Shown piece by piece: positions 35,301 to 39,258 of a DNA stretch of 39,258 nt; within the stretch, counting starts at the first letter, position 1; every line of letters begins with the position of its first letter. This DNA comes from Eledone cirrhosa (Eukaryota), in NCBI GenBank assembly GCA_964016885.1, contig CAXHJY010001177.1:1-39258 (forward strand), in the 5' to 3' direction. A program made the translations under genes and the position numbers. Under the pieces are notes generated by a model. The model saw only the letters and a program-made list of their open reading frames with translations. It was not told where the DNA came from and ran no database searches.

Positions 35301-35568
35301 AAAAAAATTTGTGTCGAAATCTTCTCGGAAAATAACGGATCGCCGGCGGAGATTGCCATTTCGATCGTGGGCCGGCCGGATCTTGTCGGATCGATTCGGA
35401 CATATGTGCATCGTGTTCGCAAGGCCCTTGTCTATGTGTGGTGTGATTTTCATAAAGAAATTCCGAAAAACCCAGTTTTAAATCTGATTTCGCCAAAGAA
35501 TTTTGGCTATCAGATCGGGTTGAAAGGTATGGTTTCAGGTCGATCTGAAAGTCTAAAATGGAATTCAC
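29374..35568. repeat. Tandem array of 1584-bp units, each with a long inverted repeat and 196-bp subrepeats
   Basis: Palindrome centres at about 29696, 31476, 33060, 34644 (spacing 1780, 1584, 1584); mirrored ORFs such as 29403-29594(-) and 29798-29989(+). Confidence 0.95.
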
Positions 35569-36264
35569 ACATTTTTAGTTATACTTTGAAGCACATTTTT
35601 TTTGTTACTATTATATTAAAAGTTATCTGGTTACGTTATTTGACTGGTATTTCTAGCATTTTACAAGGACCACGTGTGTGTTTTATTTAAGGAAGATCTA
35701 GTTGTTATTTCTGATATTTTCTTCATCAAGTTAGTTGCTATTTCCTGCATCCTCTTGAAGACAAGAAATAATAATGAATTAGCTGCTGTTTCTAGTAGGT
35801 TCTATGGTAGTGATGAGCGTGGGAGGGAGGTTTGACTGCTATTTTTAGCAGGTTCTAAGGCATTGAGGTTTATGTTTTACGAGAGATTTGGCTGTTATTT
35901 CTAACATGTTATAATGGAGAGAGAGAGAGAGTATAAGATATACAGAGAGAGGGAGTATAAGATATAGAGAGAGGGGAAACGGCCGATGTTTACGTTGAGA
36001 AAACCTAATAAAATGTTATAAATGGGTTTATAAAGAATAGAATGAGATAAACAAGACAAAGTTAGATAAAATAAATCAGCTGTAAGGATATTATACGATA
36101 TATTTATAATATTTTAATATATTTTTCCTGGTCGTCTGCTGCCATTGATAGAGAGAGGAGTGGTGGGAGGTAGCCATAACAACCGTGGTAGCAGCACTGA
36201 GGTTTGTTTTTAAAGAAGTGAATACAAGAAAAACAAGCAACTAAGAATATTAATCTCTTAAACC

Positions 36265-36871
36265 CTTCAAGATGTGTATGACAAGAAAGAAGACGTTTTA
36301 GAGTCGTATGACATAGATGATAACTGGAAATTCTTACGTGACAACTTACTGCAGGCTACTGAAGAAACTTGTGGCTGGAGCAGAGCTCCGACCAGACAGA
36401 GAGTGACCTGGTGGTGGGACAACACGGTAGATAAGGCCATTAGAGACAAAAGACTAGCATGGAACACTTGAAAAAATGGTGGGAGTAGAGACCGATACAC
36501 AGCTGCTAAGAGAGAAGCTAGACGTCAGATGTACTTAGCACGCACGGAGGCTGAGAGTAGGAGGTTTGCCAATGTTCTGTGATGGGAAGATCAGAGGCGT
36601 GCGGTGTTCCACATTGCAAGGCATGGTGTCAGTGTAAATCAGGATGTTGTTGGAGATAAGTGTATCCGGAATGATGCCAGTGTACTTGGTGTCACGAATG
36701 ATCAAAAAAAGGAGGCCTGGAAATATCATTATGAGAGGCTGATGAATTGTGGAGAATGAATGGGAGAGAGGGAAACTATCCCCAGTAGACTCAACAGAGG
36801 GACCAGCTATTGAGATTGGGAAATATAGGGTACAAGAGGCAATTAAGGAAATGAAGAATGGCAAGGCTACA
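36265..36871 (+). mobile_element. Decayed RTE-type LINE fragment
   Basis: NWKFLRDNLLQATEETCGWS...TWWWDNTVDKAIRDKR; ENEW...TEGPAIEI...AIKEMKNGKA; stops and frameshifts. Confidence 0.8.
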
Positions 36872-36876
36872 TTTAA

Positions 36877-37097
36877 CCCTTTAGCATTTAAACCAGCCAT
36901 ACCTAGCCAGAATACTCTCACATCTTTCTGTTCAAACCAGCCATAACTGGCCACTCATACTGACGTTAAGGTATTGTTCTCAATATAAATAATATCAAAA
37001 TCTCATAGATTCGATATTATATGAGATAATTATGTAAGATAAAGCCTTTACCACAAAAATACAATAGTATATATAGAGTAATAAAAATGCTAAAGGG
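36877..37097. mobile_element. piggyBac-like MITE
   Basis: TTAA|CCCTTTAGCATTT ... AAATGCTAAAGGG|TAAA: 13-bp terminal inverted repeats, TTAA-type target (right copy mutated). Confidence 0.7.
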
Positions 37098-37529
37098 TAA
37101 AAGTAGCTTATGATTTTGTGAGCTCTTGCTACTTATTGCTCTTGTGCATCAAGAACATACACAGCTTACATTTTGTTGCTAATCTCACTGAGATCCAACT
37201 ACATCTCTTGTTTATCCATAGTTTGGAATTTCTACCTACTCCTTTCCTTTAGAATGATCAAGGCCATTTTCTTGTGGGGATCTAGGCCCTGTTTTCCTTT
37301 CTATTTTGCCAAGTTATCTTACATCACTTTCATTCTAGACCATGCTTCCAGGTTTGGAATTTCTCCTCTAATTTTACCACAGATTAAGTGACAAGGGTTC
37401 AATCATGTGCATACAGGAGTTCCCATGGACAGCCAGTAATATGTAATAGCCTGCAGGATGATAATAAACAGAAGAGGGTTAATTACAGAGCCCTGATAGA
37501 GGGTTAATAACAGAGCCCTGATAGACTTG

Positions 37530-38990
37530 TTCACTCAACTCCTCACTATAGCCATCATTACTTTTAACCTTACTGACTGCTCCTCCATACATGGCTTTTA
37601 CTGCTCTCACAAGCCACTCATATACCCCTAGTTTTCTAAGTTATACACCAGATTAGGGAAGGGGGAAGTCTCACAGAAGCTCTCTCTGGGTCAACAAATG
37701 CCAAGTAGAGGGGCTTATTTTAGCTAGGTACTACTCTTGCAGTTGCCACACAAGGAAGAGGACATCAGTGGTACTTTTACCTGGCACAAATCCAAACTTC
37801 ATCTCATCTAGGTTAACTTGGTCCCTAATCAGCTGTGTTATAAATCTAACACCTTCATGAAGTGGTCCATCTAATATCTCTATAGTTTTCTAGCTCTAGT
37901 ACATCTCCTTTGCCCTTGTAGCAGTTGATGATGATGATACTACACCATTTATTTGGTATGACACCATTTTGTATTACATGCTGTACGATACCAGTGGTTA
38001 AGATGTGACCCACCATCCCAGATACTTTCAGTATCTCAGCAACTATCACCAATGGACAAGATACTTTCTCTGTCTTCATATCCTTAATTACCTTACTTCA
38101 TATCCTTAATTACCTTACTGCTTACTTGTATGGCTGGACCCTCTGTTGGGCCCACTTTCCGTAGACTATCTTCCTCCCATGCATTCTCCTCATTCAGTAA
38201 TCTTTCATAAAGGCATTTCCATGTTACAAAGGTTGGCTGAAAAGTTCATAGACTATCAATGATAGCATGATGCTAGAGCTGTGAAATCTTGCCTGCATTA
38301 ATTTCAACTCTTCTTATTAATAACTGCATTGTTTCCTTCCAGGGACTATGTTGAAAAATAAACCTCATTTGGTCATTCCATGAGTGTATCTTGGTCTGCC
38401 TATGAACTTTTCAGCTGACCCTATTCAGCATCAGTGAGCCCAAATGCCCCATTATCATCCTGGACACACTTTACCCCAACATCACAATTTGCCCTCACAC
38501 ACTGCCTCACAATCCTGAACATCTCATGTATTTCATCCTCACATCATAAAACCAACTGAAATTATATATTCTCTGCTTCCCTCCTTGCAAAGAATACTTC
38601 TTGCCTAGCTTCCTGTAGTGTACCCTCCAGCTGCCTCCATTCTGCCATTATTCCATGCCTGTCTCTTGGCCTTAACTGTCTCATCTACCCTAGTGTTTCA
38701 CCACCAAGATACTCTCCTCTCTGAAGCCCTGCTCCAGCCACAGATCTAGTTTGACACCTTCAGCAAAGGTTCTTTAAGGAACTCCCACTGTTCCCCTATA
38801 TTGTATGTTTCTATTTGTTCTTCCTTACTGTTGTAAAGATCAAACAAAATATCTCTAAATTTGGAACTGGCTGAGGGGTCCTTTAACTTCCATATCCTTC
38901 TCCTCCAAGTTGCCCTCAGTCTTCAAGTTCATCTAAGTCTATGAAATCACTAACTACTGGGTTATGTTGGGAGGTGCATTCTTCCCCAGG
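37530..38990 (-). mobile_element. Decayed RTE-type LINE
   Basis: IVAEILK...IPNKW...IINCYKGKGDVLE..NYR (ORF 37855-38079); minus-strand QFGF-like, KYLAKNKPLYLAFVD and KLGV.EWLVRAVKAMY motifs at 37580-37800. Confidence 0.8.
38225..38424. mobile_element. Tc1/mariner-like MITE nested in the RTE
   Basis: Inverted termini AGGTTGGCTGAAAAGTTCATAG and CTATGAACTTTTCAGCTGACCCT about 200 bp apart. Confidence 0.7.
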
Positions 38991-39136
38991 GGGTGGGGAT
39001 TGTGTGTTTACAAATGTCAATATCTCATCTTCTGGTGAGGATAAAAATCTGACTGGCATGCTCCTCTGACCAATAGGTGTTGAAGTGGTTGTCGGGTAAA
39101 CGTTAAGACCCTCTGATATACATATATATATATATA

Positions 39137-39258
39137 TACTAGCAGTGGTACCCGGCGTTGCACGGGATAACGTATTTCGGAACGCGGGCCGCCATCTTCC
39201 ACTTCAGCCGGTCGCCCTAAAGTGTTGGCTATTCAGTCTACTTGAGGCCAGTTGGTGA
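39137..39258 (+). mobile_element. Possible Helitron/Helentron-type terminus
   Basis: (TA)n then ACTAG...CCCGGCGTTGCACGGG small hairpin; truncated by the window end. Confidence 0.35.

Noticed and set aside
29403-35690. ORFs of 60-270 aa in the palindrome array; transposase or viral Rep gene
   Set aside because: Mirrored on both strands by symmetry; no DDE, HUH or helicase motifs seen.

Overview
Repeat-dense eukaryotic (animal) DNA; no host protein-coding gene is recognisable. The SINE, RTE and microsatellite content resembles octopus/cephalopod DNA (inference). Left third: decayed RTE, R4/Dong-like and CRE-like retrotransposon fragments, SINEs, mini/microsatellites, and one CR1-type LINE with an uninterrupted 921-codon ORF2 whose ORF1/ORF2 junction carries a G GGA AAC slippery site. 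The most unusual structure (about 17.4-29.4 kb) looks like a collapsed, scrambled rDNA unit: (CCCTAA)n tract, 9.4 copies of a 172-bp CpG-rich spacer-like repeat, an ETS-like leader, the first ~185 nt of 18S rRNA, a 7.65-kb array of 23 units stitched from short out-of-order 18S and 28S pieces, 28S 3'-end remnants, and a G-rich telomere-like tract. It is followed by a 6.2-kb array of 1584-bp units each holding a ~1-kb palindrome. The right end has RTE remnants with nested MITEs. Family assignments and rRNA positions come from motif recognition by eye, not database searches.
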